Assembly: GCA_038087875.1 (NCBI GenBank)
Contig: CM075995.1
Coordinates: 10,790,001-10,854,000 of the forward strand
Direction of reading: 5' to 3'
DNA: 64,000 bases
DNA from: Malacoraja senta
Taxonomy: Eukaryota
A program made the position numbers and the translations under genes. Below are positions 23,401 to 37,267 of the stretch, piece after piece. The notes beneath the pieces were generated by a model. The model saw only the letters and a program-made list of their open reading frames with translations. It was not told the DNA's origin and did not search any database. How positions within the stretch are numbered: the stretch's first letter is position 1; each line of letters starts with the position of its first letter.

Positions 23401-24968
23401 GACAAGGTTCCTCACGGAAGGTTGGTTAAGAAGGTTCAATGGTTGGGTATTAATGGTGGAGTAGCAAGATGGATTCAACAGTGGCTGAATGGGAGATGCC
23501 AGAGAGTAATGGTGGATGGTTGTTTGTCAGGTTGGAGGCCAGTGACTAGTGGGGTGCCACAGGGATCTGTGTTGGGTCCACTGTTGTTTGTCATGTACAT
23601 CAATGATCTGGATGATGGTGTGGTAAATTGGATTAGTAAGTATGCAGATGATACTAAGATAGGTGGGGCTGTGGATAATGAAGTAGATTTTCAAAGTCTA
23701 CAGAGAGATTTATGCCGGTTGGAAGAGTGGGCTGAAAGATGGAAGATGGAGTTTAATGCTGATAAGTGTGAGGTGCTACATCTTGGCAGGACAAATCAAA
23801 ATAGGACGTACATGGTAAATGGTAGGGAATTGAAGAATGCAGGTGAACAGAGGGATCTTGGAATAACTGTGCACAGTTCCATGAAAGTGGAATCTCATGT
23901 AGATAGGGTGGTAAAGAAAGCTTTTCGTGTGCTGGCTTTTATAAATCAGAGCATTGAGTATAGAAGTTGGGATGTAATGTTAAAATTGTACAAGGCATTG
24001 GTGAGGCCAATTCTGGAGTATGGTGTACAATTTTGGTCGCCTAATTATAGAAAGGATGTCAACAAAATAGAGAGAGTACAGAGGAGATTTACTAGAATGT
24101 TGCCTGGGTTTCAGCAACTAAGTTACAGAGAAAGTTTGAACAAGTTAGGGCTTTATTCTTTGGAGCGCAGAAGGTTAAGGGGGGACTTGATAGAGGTCTT
24201 TAAAATGATGAGAGGGATAGACAGAGTTGACGTGGATAAGCTTTTCCTACTGAGAGTAGGGAAGATTCAAACAAAGGGACATGACTTGAGAATTAAGGGA
24301 CAGAAGTTTAGGGGTAACATGAGGGGGAACTTCTTTACTCAGAGAGTGGTGGCTGTGTGGAATGAGCTTCCAGTGAAGGTGGTGGAGGCAGGTTCGTTTT
24401 TATCATTTAAAAATAAATTGGATAGTTATATGGATGGGAAAGGAATGGAGGGTTATGGTCTGTGCGCAGGTATATGGGACTAGGGGAGAATACGTGTTCG
24501 GCACGGACTAGAAGGGTCGAGATGGCCTGTTTCCGTGCTGTAATTGTTATATGGTTATATGGTTATATGGTTAAGGGGGGACTTGATAGAGGTCTTTAAA
24601 ATGATGAGAGGGATAGACAGAGTTGACGTGGATAAGCTTTTCCCATTGAGAGTAGGGAAGATTCAAACAAGGGGACATGACTTGAGAATTAAGGGACAGA
24701 AGTTTAGGGGTAACATGAGGGGGAACTTCTTTACTCAGAGAGTGGTGGCTGTGTGAAATGAGCTTCCAGTGAAGGTGGTGGAGGCAGGTTCGTTTTTATC
24801 ATTTTAAAATAAATTGGATAGTTATATGGACGGGAAAGGAATGGAGGGTTATGGTCTGAGCGCAGGTATATGGGACTAGGGGAGAATACGTGTTCGGCAT
24901 GGACTAGAAGGGTCGTGATGGCCTGTTTCCGTGCTGTAATTGTTATATGGTTATATGGTTATATGGTT
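23401..24968 (+). mobile_element. Young 5'-truncated CR1 (RT ORF 23422-24483) with tandemly duplicated 3' end
   Basis: [11 protein letters not shown] and SKYADD motifs. (GGTTATAT)n tail appears twice. 24570-24968 repeats about 24173-24569. Confidence 0.92.
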
Positions 24969-27900
24969 GCATACCATTGCCGGGCAATGCATGTGCCATC
25001 CCCCTTTTCCATGTGAGTCTGTCCATGAGCTAGGCGGGACAGGGGCAAAATAGGCACCTGGGGCAAACTACCCGACCATCAGGGTGGACCCAGACAATGG
25101 GGTCTTGATAACACCCTGCTTTGCTCCAGGAATTGTTTTCCTGAAGTGATGCAAGGCTCTGGGCATCATGTAATTGGGCTTCATCAATGCTACTCGGGAG
25201 CTTTCTTTGTGCTGCAGACTTAATCTTAACTGCTTGTAATTGCAGGGTTTGCCTCAGGGCAATCTGTTTGGCTACATAATCAGCTGATCTGTTTCCCCTT
25301 GATACATCATCATCCGATTATGTATGAGCTTCACATTTGATAACTGCAATTTGCCGTGGCAATTGAATAGTATCCAATAAATTTAAGACCAGTTGATCAT
25401 GCTAATTAGTCTTTCCTGTTGATGTGATGAATCCTCAATTTTTCCAAAACTGCCCAAAGTCATGTACAACCCCAAACGCATAGCGAGAATCGGTGTAGAT
25501 ATTAGCACTTTTATCTTTTGCCAATATACAGGCATGAGTCAGGCTGTGCAGCTCAGCTGCCTCCGCGGATGCTCCAGATGGTAAAGCGTACGCGTCCAGC
25601 ACTTGGTGTGGTGTGACCACCGCATATCCTGTTAATAATCTGTCATCGCTAGGTCGGTGTGAAGAGCCAGCAGTAAATAGGACCAGATTAGGATCATCAA
25701 TCGGATGACTGTAAATCCAGCCAGGGAGTAACAACGGCTTCTACAATCAATAGACAATCATGGTCACAATCTTCTTCTGGCAGTGTTACAAAGATAGCTG
25801 GGTTTATAGCAGGTGATCGCTGATATGTATAGTTCGGATGTGATAAAAGGATCTTTAGATTTCTAAACACCTGTTCTCTTTCTGCAGTCCATACTACTCT
25901 GGAGCGCTCAGTCTGCAAGGTGGCTGAACGCAATGCTGCATGTAGTTCCCTGCAGTCATGGATCCACTGTCTGCAGTAACCCACCATGCCTAAGAAGGAG
26001 AGAATGTCCTTCTTTGTCTTCGGGACCAGGATGTTCTCTATTGCTTTTATTCTGTCTCTTTCCAAATCTCCTTCTGTCTTCCTGCATCTGGAATCCCAGA
26101 TACTGTACACTAGGCTGGCAGAATTGTCATTTTCCCAGGGATACTTTATGCCCTCTTCCTGCCAAATGTTGCAGCAGTTTAATTGAGTACAATCAGGACC
26201 TGTCACAGAGGCTACTAAAAGGTCATCGATCAAAGTAGACCTCCCTGATAATTGACATTCTTCTAGATTATTTTCCACTGCTGCTGCATATATGGCTGGG
26301 CTTTCAGTATACCCTGGGGTAGCCTGGTCGAGATGTTTGTTGATCTTTGTAGGTAAATGCAAACAGGAACTGGCTGTCTTTATGCAGGGGTAAGGAGAAA
26401 AAGGCTAAACATAGGTCAATTACTGTAAAGGTAACGGCTTCTGCCGGTATAGATGACAGAATAATATTAGTGTCAAGTATTAAAGGAGCAATAGGGATCA
26501 CTATTTATTTTTATTTTAATTTTTTTAAAAGCTCTCAGGTCTTAGACGAAATGCCATTCATTACGTCTTCCCACTTTTGGGATTGGCAGAATAGAAGTAT
26601 TACATGGGCTTTGCATTTTCACTAATACTCCTTTTTGTAATAAAGATACTATGACCATAGCTATCCCTTCTTCAGCCTCCGGGGCCAGTCAATATTGTTT
26701 TAAACATGGCAAGGCTGCACCTTTTTTAAAGTCACTTTATGTTCAGGGGCTGAATGCACTCGTCCTTCATGATTCTTATGCTTTGCCCATGGTTCAGAGG
26801 GTACGTGGACCAGAGCCATTGGTAACCTTGGCGGATCCTCAGTAGGCGGCTGTTGCCTATCAAAAATAGTGTCCCATTTCTCTCTGACCAATGTGATCTT
26901 TCCTTCTGTATCATTGACAACTTTAAATCATGAATTGACTGTTTGTCCTTCATCCTTTTTATCATCTCTCCTATTGCCATTGCCATTGCTGGAGGTCTAG
27001 TAGCTACAGTCAAGTGTGACAGAGGTGTCTCCCATTTAAAATCGATCCCTTTGGTTTTGTGAGAGGTGGACCATCATTCCCAATCCCGGGACCCCAAAAA
27101 ACAAATAAGGGGTCACTGTTAATTGTTTGAGTTTATTCAACCAGGGGAAGACTCTACCCTGGTATCCGGGATTAGGGAGGCACGTATATAATTCAGTGCA
27201 ATGCGTTCGCTTATCTTCTTGGCTGGTTTCAACAAGATACTGTAAATACTGGCCTTTTGGATCCTGCACTCTTTACAGAGCACAATGGATTTGATTAACC
27301 AACTGACTGTACGGATTGCTACTTAATTACCAACAATATAAAATGGGCATCTTTTGCCCTTGTTCTTCCTCCTTAGTTACATTTAACAATTGATGTGTCT
27401 GCATTTTAGGGAGTTCCATAAACATACCGTCTGCAGTACAGTATAAGACTGGTCCCAGTTTGCACGGAGCCTGTCTTCCCAGTAACGGGAGTGGGGTTGT
27501 TCTAGTGATTATAAAAGTGCAGCAAGGGACTAGACACCCTCCCTATAACCATATAACCATATAACAATTACAGCACGGAAACAGGCCATCTCGACCCTTC
27601 TAGCCCGTGCCGAACACGTATTCTCCCCTAGTCCCATATACCTGCGCTCAGACCATAACCCTCCATTCCTTTCCCGTCCATATAACTATCCAATTTATTT
27701 TTAAATGATAAAAACGAACCTGCCTCCACCACCTTCACTGGAAGCTCATTCCACACAGCCACCACTCTCTGAGTAAAGAAGTTCCCCCTCATGTTATCCC
27801 TAAACTTCTGTCCCTTCATTCTCAAGTCATGTCCCCTTGTTTGAATCTTCCCTACTCTCAGTGGGAAAAGCTTATCCACGTCAACTCTGTCTATCCCTCT

Positions 27901-28740
27901 CATCATTTTAAAGACCTCTATCAAGTCCCCCCTTAACCTTCTGCGCTCCAAAGAATAAAGCCCTAACTTGTTCAACCTTTCTCTGTTGGGCGTTCCCTTA
28001 TTGTAACTGTGGGGAACATCTGCAATCTCGAGCCCAATGCTCTTTCTTACCACATCTCCAGCATGTACCTTGTGTTGTATCTTTTAATTGCCATTGTCCC
28101 CTTTCACTGTCATGTTCACAAGCACTGTGATCACATTCTCCCCACGGCTAATTTTGCCAATTTAGGTTTACCAATTTAAAGGCTTCAGCCTGTCGGGGCA
28201 GCAAACAATTTAGTAGTGTGAACAGCTAGAGGCCCATTTTGAGCTAGGGCTCTGACATGTTCCTCCCACTTAAATAGGGCTATAAAATCTGGGATCGTCT
28301 CATCTTTGTGTTGCAAGCATTGCACCACCTCTCCTATATCACTATGTTTTCTCGCTCCCCCCATTATAGCCTCCCCTCCTCTGTGGGCCAACCAGTGAGT
28401 GAGGGACTAATTTCCCTGAGCCTGCTGATCATCATCTTGCTGCCACTTGCTTTGGTATAATAGGCACAGGTCCCTCATTTCCCTCTTTCTGCTTAACACC
28501 TTCCTCCTCCTCTAGGGGCTGGTATTTTTTCTGCAACCCAATCCATCTCCTTATTATATCCATCAATTTTAAAGTTACACTTACCACTCCAACTATCACG
28601 AATAACACTTCCATGGCAAATATTAATTGTGCTCCCATCTTGCCAACCCATTTCTTTTTTTTTTAGAGATAAGTAGGACAGAGATAGCTTAAAAAATTCC
28701 CTTATCTTGCCAATTTCCATTTAATTGATCAGCTACATTA
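24969..28740 (-). mobile_element. Endogenous retrovirus remnant (gag-pro-pol, class I/epsilon-like), degenerate, no LTRs seen
   Basis: RT FTVIDLCLAFFSLPL..SQFLFAFTY, GYTESP, DDLLV, FLGMVGYCRQW. RNase H SAEAAEL..LT.AC..A....ANIYTDSRYAFGVVHDFG. Integrase start AHGQTHMEKG. Confidence 0.75.
27544..27985 (-). mobile_element. CR1 3' fragment inserted in the ERV
   Basis: Near-identical to about 24130-24565, with the same GGTTATAT tail. Confidence 0.9.
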
Positions 28741-30959
28741 CCATGAAGATTTACTGGACATTGGTCATCTGTACTTTTTTATTACCGCATTTGCTGGCGA
28801 TCCCAGTGGTGACAGGCAAGATTAGAGGAATGGAGTACTTCAGAGTGAGCGGAGTCCAGGACAAATTATTTATTGTGGGTCCAGAACCAGAATCGGGGTG
28901 TTGATGCTGGGCATTGCGGACTGTGGTCTCGATCTCCCAGGTGATGTAGCCCACCAGGCAGGTGGGAGGCAGAGTTGGTTTGTGGGAATGGTTGTCCTGG
29001 TCGGAATTGAACTGGTAGAAGAGGGAGTCGGGCTTGACATTCTTGGACCCAGGGCGGTAACACAAGGTGAAGTTAAACCGGGTGAAAAACAGGGCCCACC
29101 AGGCTTGACGGGGGTGAAGTCGCGTCGCCGAACGCAGGTACTCCAGGTTCTTGTGGTCCATCCAGACTTGGAATTGTTCCTCAGTGCCCTCCAACCAATG
29201 CCTTCACTCCTCCAGCACCAGCTTCACTGCCAGCAGCTCCCTGTTGCCGATGTCATCATTCCTCTCAGCCTGGAGGCGGCGGGAGAAGGAGGCACAGGGG
29301 AGCATCTTCTGGTCCTTGGAGGAGCGTTGGGAAAGCACCATCCCAACTCCAACATCAGAGGCATCAACCTCCTCCAAAAACTGACGGGCCGGGTCAGGAT
29401 GCTCCAGGATGGGGGCGGTAGTGAAGTGTTGCTCAAAGTCCAGGAATCCCCTCAGCAGCAGGGGACCAGGCAAACGTGATGGAGGTAGACGTGAAAGAAG
29501 TGGGAGGAGCAGCCAGGATGCTGTAGTTGTGGATAAAGTGGCGGTAAAAAATGGTGAACTCCTTCCTACTGGTAGGCTCAGGCCAATCTACCACCACTCT
29601 CACCTTTCCTGGATCCATCTTGACATGGCCAACAGAGAGGATGTATCTCAGGAAGGACACCATGGGCTGGTGGAACTCACACTTCTCTGTCTTGACGAAC
29701 AGCTGCTTCTCCCATAGCCGCTGCAGGACGAGATGGACATGGCGGGTATGTTCTAATGCAGAGCCAGAGTACACGAGGATGTCATCCAGATAAACGAAGA
29801 CAAACTGGTTCAGCATGTCACGGAGCACATCATTGACCAGAGCCTGGAAGACAGCAGTAAGGCATTACGAGGTACTCGTCATGCCCGCTGGGTGTGTTGT
29901 AGGTCGTCTTCCACTCATCTCCTTCCTTGATGCGAACCAAATTGTACGCATTGCGTAGATCCAGTTTGGTAAACATGGTGGCATGCTGCAGGCAGTTGAA
30001 GACAGAGGAGATGAGTGGCGAGGGGTAACAGTTTTTGACAGTGTCCTTCAGGCCTCGATAGTCAATGCAAGGGCAAAGGTCGCTGTTTTGATATCTGTCT
30101 GCTTATAAAATAAGTAAACTAGTACATAATGTACAGAGAAAGATGACTACACACACACACTCATGTTGGGGTCTAAACAGGAATGATTTATTTCCAAGTC
30201 AAAAGTCACTGACTGATTTACTGAGCATGTGCAAGAATGAGCACAGCTCATATGAATAAATTACAGGGATATCGTCACATCCTTTCCGTTTTGACATTTT
30301 GGGATTACATTTCCGACGATCCCAAAACAAAGTAAACTTAAACACTTTTCATAATATTACACCGTAGTAATATGGTTTAACTTAACAGAGTAAAACAACT
30401 GTTCTGTCTTATTTCACAATTTCAATCATAGTCACACTTGTGACATTTCAATAACATAAACTATTGTTCACATGCTTTCTTCTCATAAGCAGGTAGGTTC
30501 ATCACAGCAAAACACATTACTCCGTGACATACTCGCCGTACCCTACCAGCGGTCTGACAGCTCTACCTGCCCTAGTCTTTGGATGGTGTTTCTTTCAGAA
30601 ATGTCTTTCTTTTCAGTAGGTATATTCTGTGCATCACCTAGTTTCTTCTCTTGTGTTTTTACTTTGATTTCTCTGTGTTAAGAGTTTCACGAGTTGCATC
30701 TTTTTCCGGTGATGCATGTTGTGTTGGTCTTTTCAATGTCAGCTGAGGTTGCAAAGGTGTCCCAGTCTTCTCCACGTCTGGTGGTTTCTCTGGAATTATG
30801 TGTGGAGGTATTTCTCCGGTCTTCTTCAGATCCACTCGGTTACGTCGGATTAGAAGTCCTGACTCTGTCTCGACTTCATATGATCTCTCATCCAGTCATT
30901 TATGAACTGTTGCTCTCTGCCTTCTGGTATCTCCTAGTTTATAGGGTTTGGGTCTTACG

Positions 30960-30995
<36 letters not shown>

Positions 30996-31796
30996 GTTTT
31001 ATTCATCACATACACAATAAAGTGAGGCGAAATAAATTTGCCAGCAGCGGTACAATAAAAAAGAACACACAATACACAATAAAATTGAACACAAACATCC
31101 ACCACAGCATTCTTTACTGTGGTGGAAGGCACAAAGTACAGTCAGCCCTCCTCCATTATTCTCCCGTGGTCGGGGCCATGAACCTCTGCAGTCGCCACTG
31201 CGGGCGGTCAGATGACAGGCACTCTCTTCTTAAAGGTAAGTCCCGAATCGGTGCTTCCCTACCGGAGACCGCGGCTTCAAGATGATGTAGGCCGCAGGCC
31301 GGCGGTCGGAGCTCTTCTCCAGGGATCCCCTGTGAGAGATCCCGCTGGTAGGTCCACACCGCGCCCACAGCTAAAAGCTCCGCAGACCGCGGCTTGAAGA
31401 TGTTGTAAGCTGCGGGCCGACGGTCAGAGCTCTTCTTCTCCGGGGGTCCCCAACAAGGGATCCCAGGCTCTGGACGCTGCGCCCGCGGCGAGAAGCTCCG
31501 AAGACCGCGGCTTCAGACTGAACAGCCAGCGATTGGAAAAAGTTCCCGTTGCTGAAGCTCCGGGCCCGACTCCGGGAAAGGCCGCACCAATTCTTGGTGT
31601 TAGGCCGCGAGGGAGGCGACATGGAAAAAGTCGCGACCGAAAGCGGTTTCCCCCTTACCCCCCCCACACCATCCCCCACACCGAGAGACACTAAAACAAA
31701 CATTTGGATATACTAAAAAATACAAAAAAATGCAAAAAAAGTAGAAATGACTCACACGCTGCTGGCAGGGCAGACGCCTCGCAATGCCCCCACCGG
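30960..31796 (-). mobile_element. Non-autonomous retroposon with (TTGA)n tail
   Basis: AATAAA followed by a (TGAT)n tail on minus, GC-rich internally repetitive body, no ORF. Related to 39205-39930. Confidence 0.6.
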
Positions 31797-32058
31797 AGAT
31801 CACCTTCTTTCAGGATTGGCAGATCCTTGGCATGTCGGTTGTAGATTTTTTACTGTTTTCCTTGCAAATCCTTCACCTTTACCGCTCTTCTGTGAGTATC
31901 TCAGCACCACGTGGTTTGAGGAAGTTAGATGTCGTTGGAAGTGTTGTACTTGTTCACCTTCCATGTGGTCTTTGTGCAGGTACACAAAAAAGCTGGAGAA
32001 ACTCAGCGGGTGCAGCAGCATCTATGGAGCGAAGGAAATAGACAACGTTTCGGGCCGA

Positions 32059-33953
32059 CATAGCACAACAGGAGGAAACAAAATGGGCAATCCGGGCTGA
32101 AAAGATGAAGTATGAAGGGAAGCTGGCCAGGAATATAGAGAAGGATAGTACAAGCTTCTTTAGATATGTTAAGGGAAAAAGAGTAGCAAAGTCAAATGTG
32201 GGTCCCTTGAAGGCAGACACGGGTGAAATTATTATGGGCAACAAGGAAATGGCAGAAGAGTTGAATAGGTACTTCGGATCAGTCATCACTAAGGAAGAGA
32301 CAAACAATCTCCCAGATGTACTGGAGGACAGAGGATCCAAGGGGGTAGAGGAACTGAAAGAAATTTTCATTAGGCGAGAAATAGTATTGGGTAGGCTAAT
32401 GGGACTGAAGGATGATAAATCCCCTGGGCCTGATGGTCTGCATCCCAGGGTCCTCAGGGAGGTGGCTTTAGAAATAGTGGACGCATTGGTGATAATTTTC
32501 CAATGTTCAATAGATTCAGGATCAGTTCCTGTGGATTGGAGGATAGCTAATGTTATCCCACTTTTCAAGAAAGGAGCGAGAGAGAAAATGGGGAATTACA
32601 GACCAGTTAGCCTGACTTCGGTGGTGGGAAAGATGCTGGAGTCAATTATTAAAGAGGTAATAATGGGGCATTTGGATAGCAGTAAAAGGATTAGTCCAAG
32701 TCAACATGGATTTATGAAAGGGAAATCATGCTTGAGACAAGTAAAATGGATGAAGGGGTGCCAGTGGATGTAGTGTATCTAGACTTTCAGAAAGCATGTG
32801 ATAAGGTCCCGCACGGGAGACTGGTGACTAAAATTAGAGCACATGGTATTGGGGGTAGGGTGTTGACATGGATAGAAAATTGGTTGGCATACCGGAAGCA
32901 AAGAGTAGGAGTGAACGGGTCCTTTTCAGAATGGCAGGCAGTGGCGAGTGGAGTGCCGCAAGGCTCGGTGTTGGGGCCGCAACAGTTTACCATATATATT
33001 AATGATTTGGAAGAGGGAATTAGGAGCAACACTAGCAAGTTTGCGGATGACACAAAGCTGGGTGGCAGTGTGAACTGTGAAGAGGATGTTAGGAGGTTGC
33101 AGGGTGACCTGGACAGCTTGAGTGAGTGGGCAGATGCGTGGCAGATGCAGTATAATATAGATAAATGTGAGGTTATCCACTTTGGCGGCAAAAACAAGGG
33201 GGCAGATTATTATCTCAATGGGGTTAGGTTAGGTAAGGGTGCGGTACAGCGAGACCTGGGTGTCCTTGTACACCGGTCACTGAAAGTTGGCGTGCAGGTA
33301 CAGCAGGCAGTGAAGAAAGCTAATGGAATGTTGGCTTTCATAACAAGAGGATTTCAGTATAGGAGTAAAGCGGTTCTTCTGCAGTTGTATAGGGCTCTGG
33401 TGAGACCACATCTGGAGTATTGTGTACAGTTTTGGTCTCCCAATTTGAGGAAGGACATCCTTCTGATTGAGGCAGTGCAGCGTAGGTTCACGAGATTGAT
33501 CCCCGGGATGGTGGGACTGTATTATAAGGAAAGATTGAAAAGACTAGGCTTGTATTCACTGGAGTTTAGAAGGATGAGGGGGATCTTATAGAAACATATA
33601 AAATTATAAAAGGACTGGACAAGCTAGATGCAGGAAAAATGTTCCCAATGTTGGGCGAGTCCAGAACCAGCTTAGGGGAGGTCATTTAAGACTGAGGTGA
33701 GAAAAAAAAATGTCACCCAGAGAGTTGTGAATTTATTGAAATTTCCTGCCACAGAGGGCAGTGGAGGCCAAATCACTGGAAGGATTTAAGAGAGAGTTAG
33801 ATAGAGCTCTGAGGGCTAGTGGAGTCAAGGGATATGGGGAGAAGGCAGGCACGGGTTATTGATAGAGGACGATCAGCCATGATCACAATGAATGGCGGTG
33901 CTGGCTCGAAGGGCTGAATGGCCTCCTATTTTCTATGTTTCTATGTTTCTATG
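32059..33953 (+). mobile_element. 5'-truncated CR1 inserted in a hammerhead-like pLTR unit
   Basis: ORFs 32105-32773 and 32728-33591 (KSPGPDG, SGVPQGS, SKFADD) and (TTCTATGT)n tail. Confidence 0.92.
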
Positions 33954-36853
33954 AAACCCTTCTTCAGACTTCATTCATGGAGAAATTATGTAGGGGTCAA
34001 ATTCCCATTTCCTGGCAAATTTGGCGAACTCCTCTGAGAACTGTGAGAACTGTGTCCCATTGTCGCATTGTGCTGGGAATTTCGTATCTTACAAAGTGGT
34101 TCTTGAGTTTCACACTGATTGTCCTGCTGGTCAGGTCGTACAGTCTATCTATCTCCAAAAAATTAGATAGATAGTCCACTGTGATTAAATAGCGCTTTCC
34201 CTCAAGCTCAAACATATCGGTTCCCATTTTCTCCCATGGTCGATCTGGGAGGTCATGGGGCATCAGAGTTTCTTTCTGATTCCGTTGTTTGTATGTCCTG
34301 CAGGCTTCAATGTTTAAAATGAACTGCTTCACATTGGTGTTCATTCCGGGCCAGAAAATGCATTCTCTAGCATGTCTGAGGGTTCCTACCACTCCCAGGT
34401 GAGAGGTGTGGAGTGTCTCCTTCATATCTCTATGTAGAGTGACAGGGATTACAACTCTTTCTCCTCTGAATACTAGGCCATCTTGCACACTCAACTCGTC
34501 TCTGACGTTGAAGTACGGTTGAGCTGCCTCTGGGGCATCTGCCTTGTGATCTGGCCATCCGTTTTGGATTACTCTCTTAACTGGTTTGTGGTGTTTCATC
34601 TTCCCTGGTGTGGGCTTGGATGCATTTGACCTTGTCCTCTCCCATGCTCAAGGACTCAACTGATTGATCCTGTCATGTCAGGGAGGTATGCTCGGGAGAG
34701 CAAATCTGCTAGATGCATGTCTTTTCCTTTTACCCATTTGATCTCAATGTCATAGTGTAGCATCCTCATCATCATGCCCTGGAGACGTCTTGGTACTGTA
34801 TGCAGTGGCTTTTTGACTATGACTTCCAGTGGCTTGCGGTCACTCTCAACGATCACTCTCTGTCCATAGGTGTACTGATGGAAGCGCTCGAGGGCAAACA
34901 CTATTGCTAGTGCCTCCTTCTCAATCTGAGCATATCTCTGCTCGGTTGGCGTCAATGCTCGACTCACCTAGGACAGTGGTTGTCCCTTCTGCATAAGTGT
35001 CGCACCTAGACCTGCCTTGCTTGCATCACATTGTATGGTCAGCTGTTCGTCTGATGTGTAGTACGCCAGGATAGGTGTCATTGTCAACAGCTCCTTGATC
35101 TTTGACATTGCCATGTCATGTTCTGATGACCATTCCCACTCTGCATCCTTGTGGGTCAATCTCCTCAAAGGCTCGAATGTGTCCGGCAACCTTGGTAGGA
35201 ATCTTGCCAAGTAGTTTACACTGCCTTGTAATCTTTGGATTTCTTTTGGATTGGTAGGGTTGGGCATCTCTCGGATAGCTTGGATTTTCTTCGGATCTGG
35301 TTTCAGGCCACAATCTGTAATTATATGTCCTGGAAATGTGATACACGTAGTTCTCACTACCGACTTCTTCCGGTTCAGCTTGATGCCTTTGTCTCTGCAT
35401 CGCTGAAGAAGATCTTGCAGTCTTGCATCGTGATTTCTTTCTGCATCTTCTCTGGTGTCCCCTACTCCGAATAGGATGATGGCATCTGCAGCACATTCCA
35501 ATCCCTTTAATCCTTCTAGAGCTTGTTGCAGCTTCTTCTGGAAGTCCAAATGGCAATCTCTTCCAGCGATATCTCCCAAAGGGATGTTCATGGTTGTTAG
35601 GAAACTGCTCTCCTCATCTAGTTCGCAGTGGAGATATCCTGACTTCAGATCGAATTTGGAGACAATCTTCGACTTGGACAGCTCAGCGAGTACGTCCTCT
35701 GTGACTGGTAGTCTGTGGATCCCCTTTTTCAGGACTTTGTTGAGTCTGTGCAGAGTCTATGCAGAACCTCAATTCTGTGCTGTCCTTTTTCTCCGTAACG
35801 ACCAGCCTGCTACACCATTCAGTTGGTTCTTCGACTTTAGTGAAGATGTCCTGCTTCATGAGACCATTCTTGACTTTCTCTTTCATGGCTACAGGTACCG
35901 GCTTTGCTGAACACTGTGATGCCCTAGTTACCAACTTGACCTTGCCAGGCAGTATCCCAGGTCTTTCGTCATCAAAGACATATTTGTATCTCTTGAGTAA
36001 TGAGCCAGCTTCGCTAACAGCATTCAGGATCTTGAAGTTCTCAGGAGCGGTGTGAGCCAGCCTTCCTCTACCACTATGAAATGAACCCGGGACTTCTTGT
36101 TGTTCATCTCGTTCCGGAATACGACTTTCGTCCTACCTTCCGCCAGCAGGTTGGATCCATTATACATCTTTAAGGTGATTTTCTCTTGTCTAATGTCTTC
36201 TTTGTTGGGTACTAGATGCTTGGGAATCACATTAACACTGGCACCAGAGTCAATCTGAAACTTGATGGCTGCTGTGCCGACCTGCGTCTCAGCGAATAGG
36301 CTTGAAGAGGAATTGTTTCCGGCTGCATTGATCTCAATGCAACTCACAGACCCCGTGTTGGAAATGGACGTTGTGTCAGATGTCTCTACGACCTTATGCA
36401 GACCCCGTTTCTGCGTGCTCTCCTTCCTCTGCTTGCAGCAGCAGGTGAAGTGGTTTTGTCGTCCGCATCTGTTGCAGTCCTTCCCATACGCTGGGCATTC
36501 CTCCTTCCTACGCTTGGACGTCCTTGCACAGAACCTGCACTTTACTAGTCCCTGATGCTTCCTCTGGGAAGGAATAGAACCATCTTTTCCCTCGGTTGGA
36601 ATCGTTCCACCTTGTGTATTGTCGGCACTTCGCCGATGACCTGCATTCTTGCTGCTGTTACCTCCGAGGATCTACATATGTCCACAGTCCCCTGCAGTGT
36701 CAGATTCCTCTTTCGAAGGAGTGTCCTCCTAGCTGCAATACCAATGACGATGCGATCTCGTGAGGCTTTCTCTCAGGCACTCACAGAAGTTGCATGTTTT
36801 AGCAAGCTCCTTCAGCTCTGCAACAACTCTCCTTCAATACTTTCCCATGATTT

Positions 36854-37267
36854 GGATCGTTGGAACATGGTCTCACTTTATTGATTATTTAAAGGGTCAG
36901 AATGGTTCAGCACAAGAACCTGACTAACACTCGGGCTAAAGAATGGATGAAATGATATACTCTGATAATTACGAATATATCTCGAACGAAGTTTTTTATC
37001 TTAATACATTTTTCCATTCTTCCCTAACTATCTTTTTTTTTTCTTCTTTTTTTTCTTTCTCTCTCTTTTCTTCTCTCTCTTTTCTTTCTTTACTTCATCT
37101 ATCTTTTTAGTTCTATCTAGTTTAAAAAAAACAAAAAAAGGCAAAAGGTATTGGAGACAATGTAATAATAATTGACAATATTATCAATTTAAAAATGCAA
37201 GACTGGTAATGATGTTAATATGTTATGTACTTATCTCCAATAAAAAATATTTTCAAAAAAAAAAAAA
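36854..37267 (+). mobile_element. L1 3' fragment with poly(A) and 15-bp TSD
   Basis: ACTTTCCCATGATTT at 36839-36853 and 37268-37282, AATAAA + A-tail, and a W..FIDYLK ORF2 end. Confidence 0.8.
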
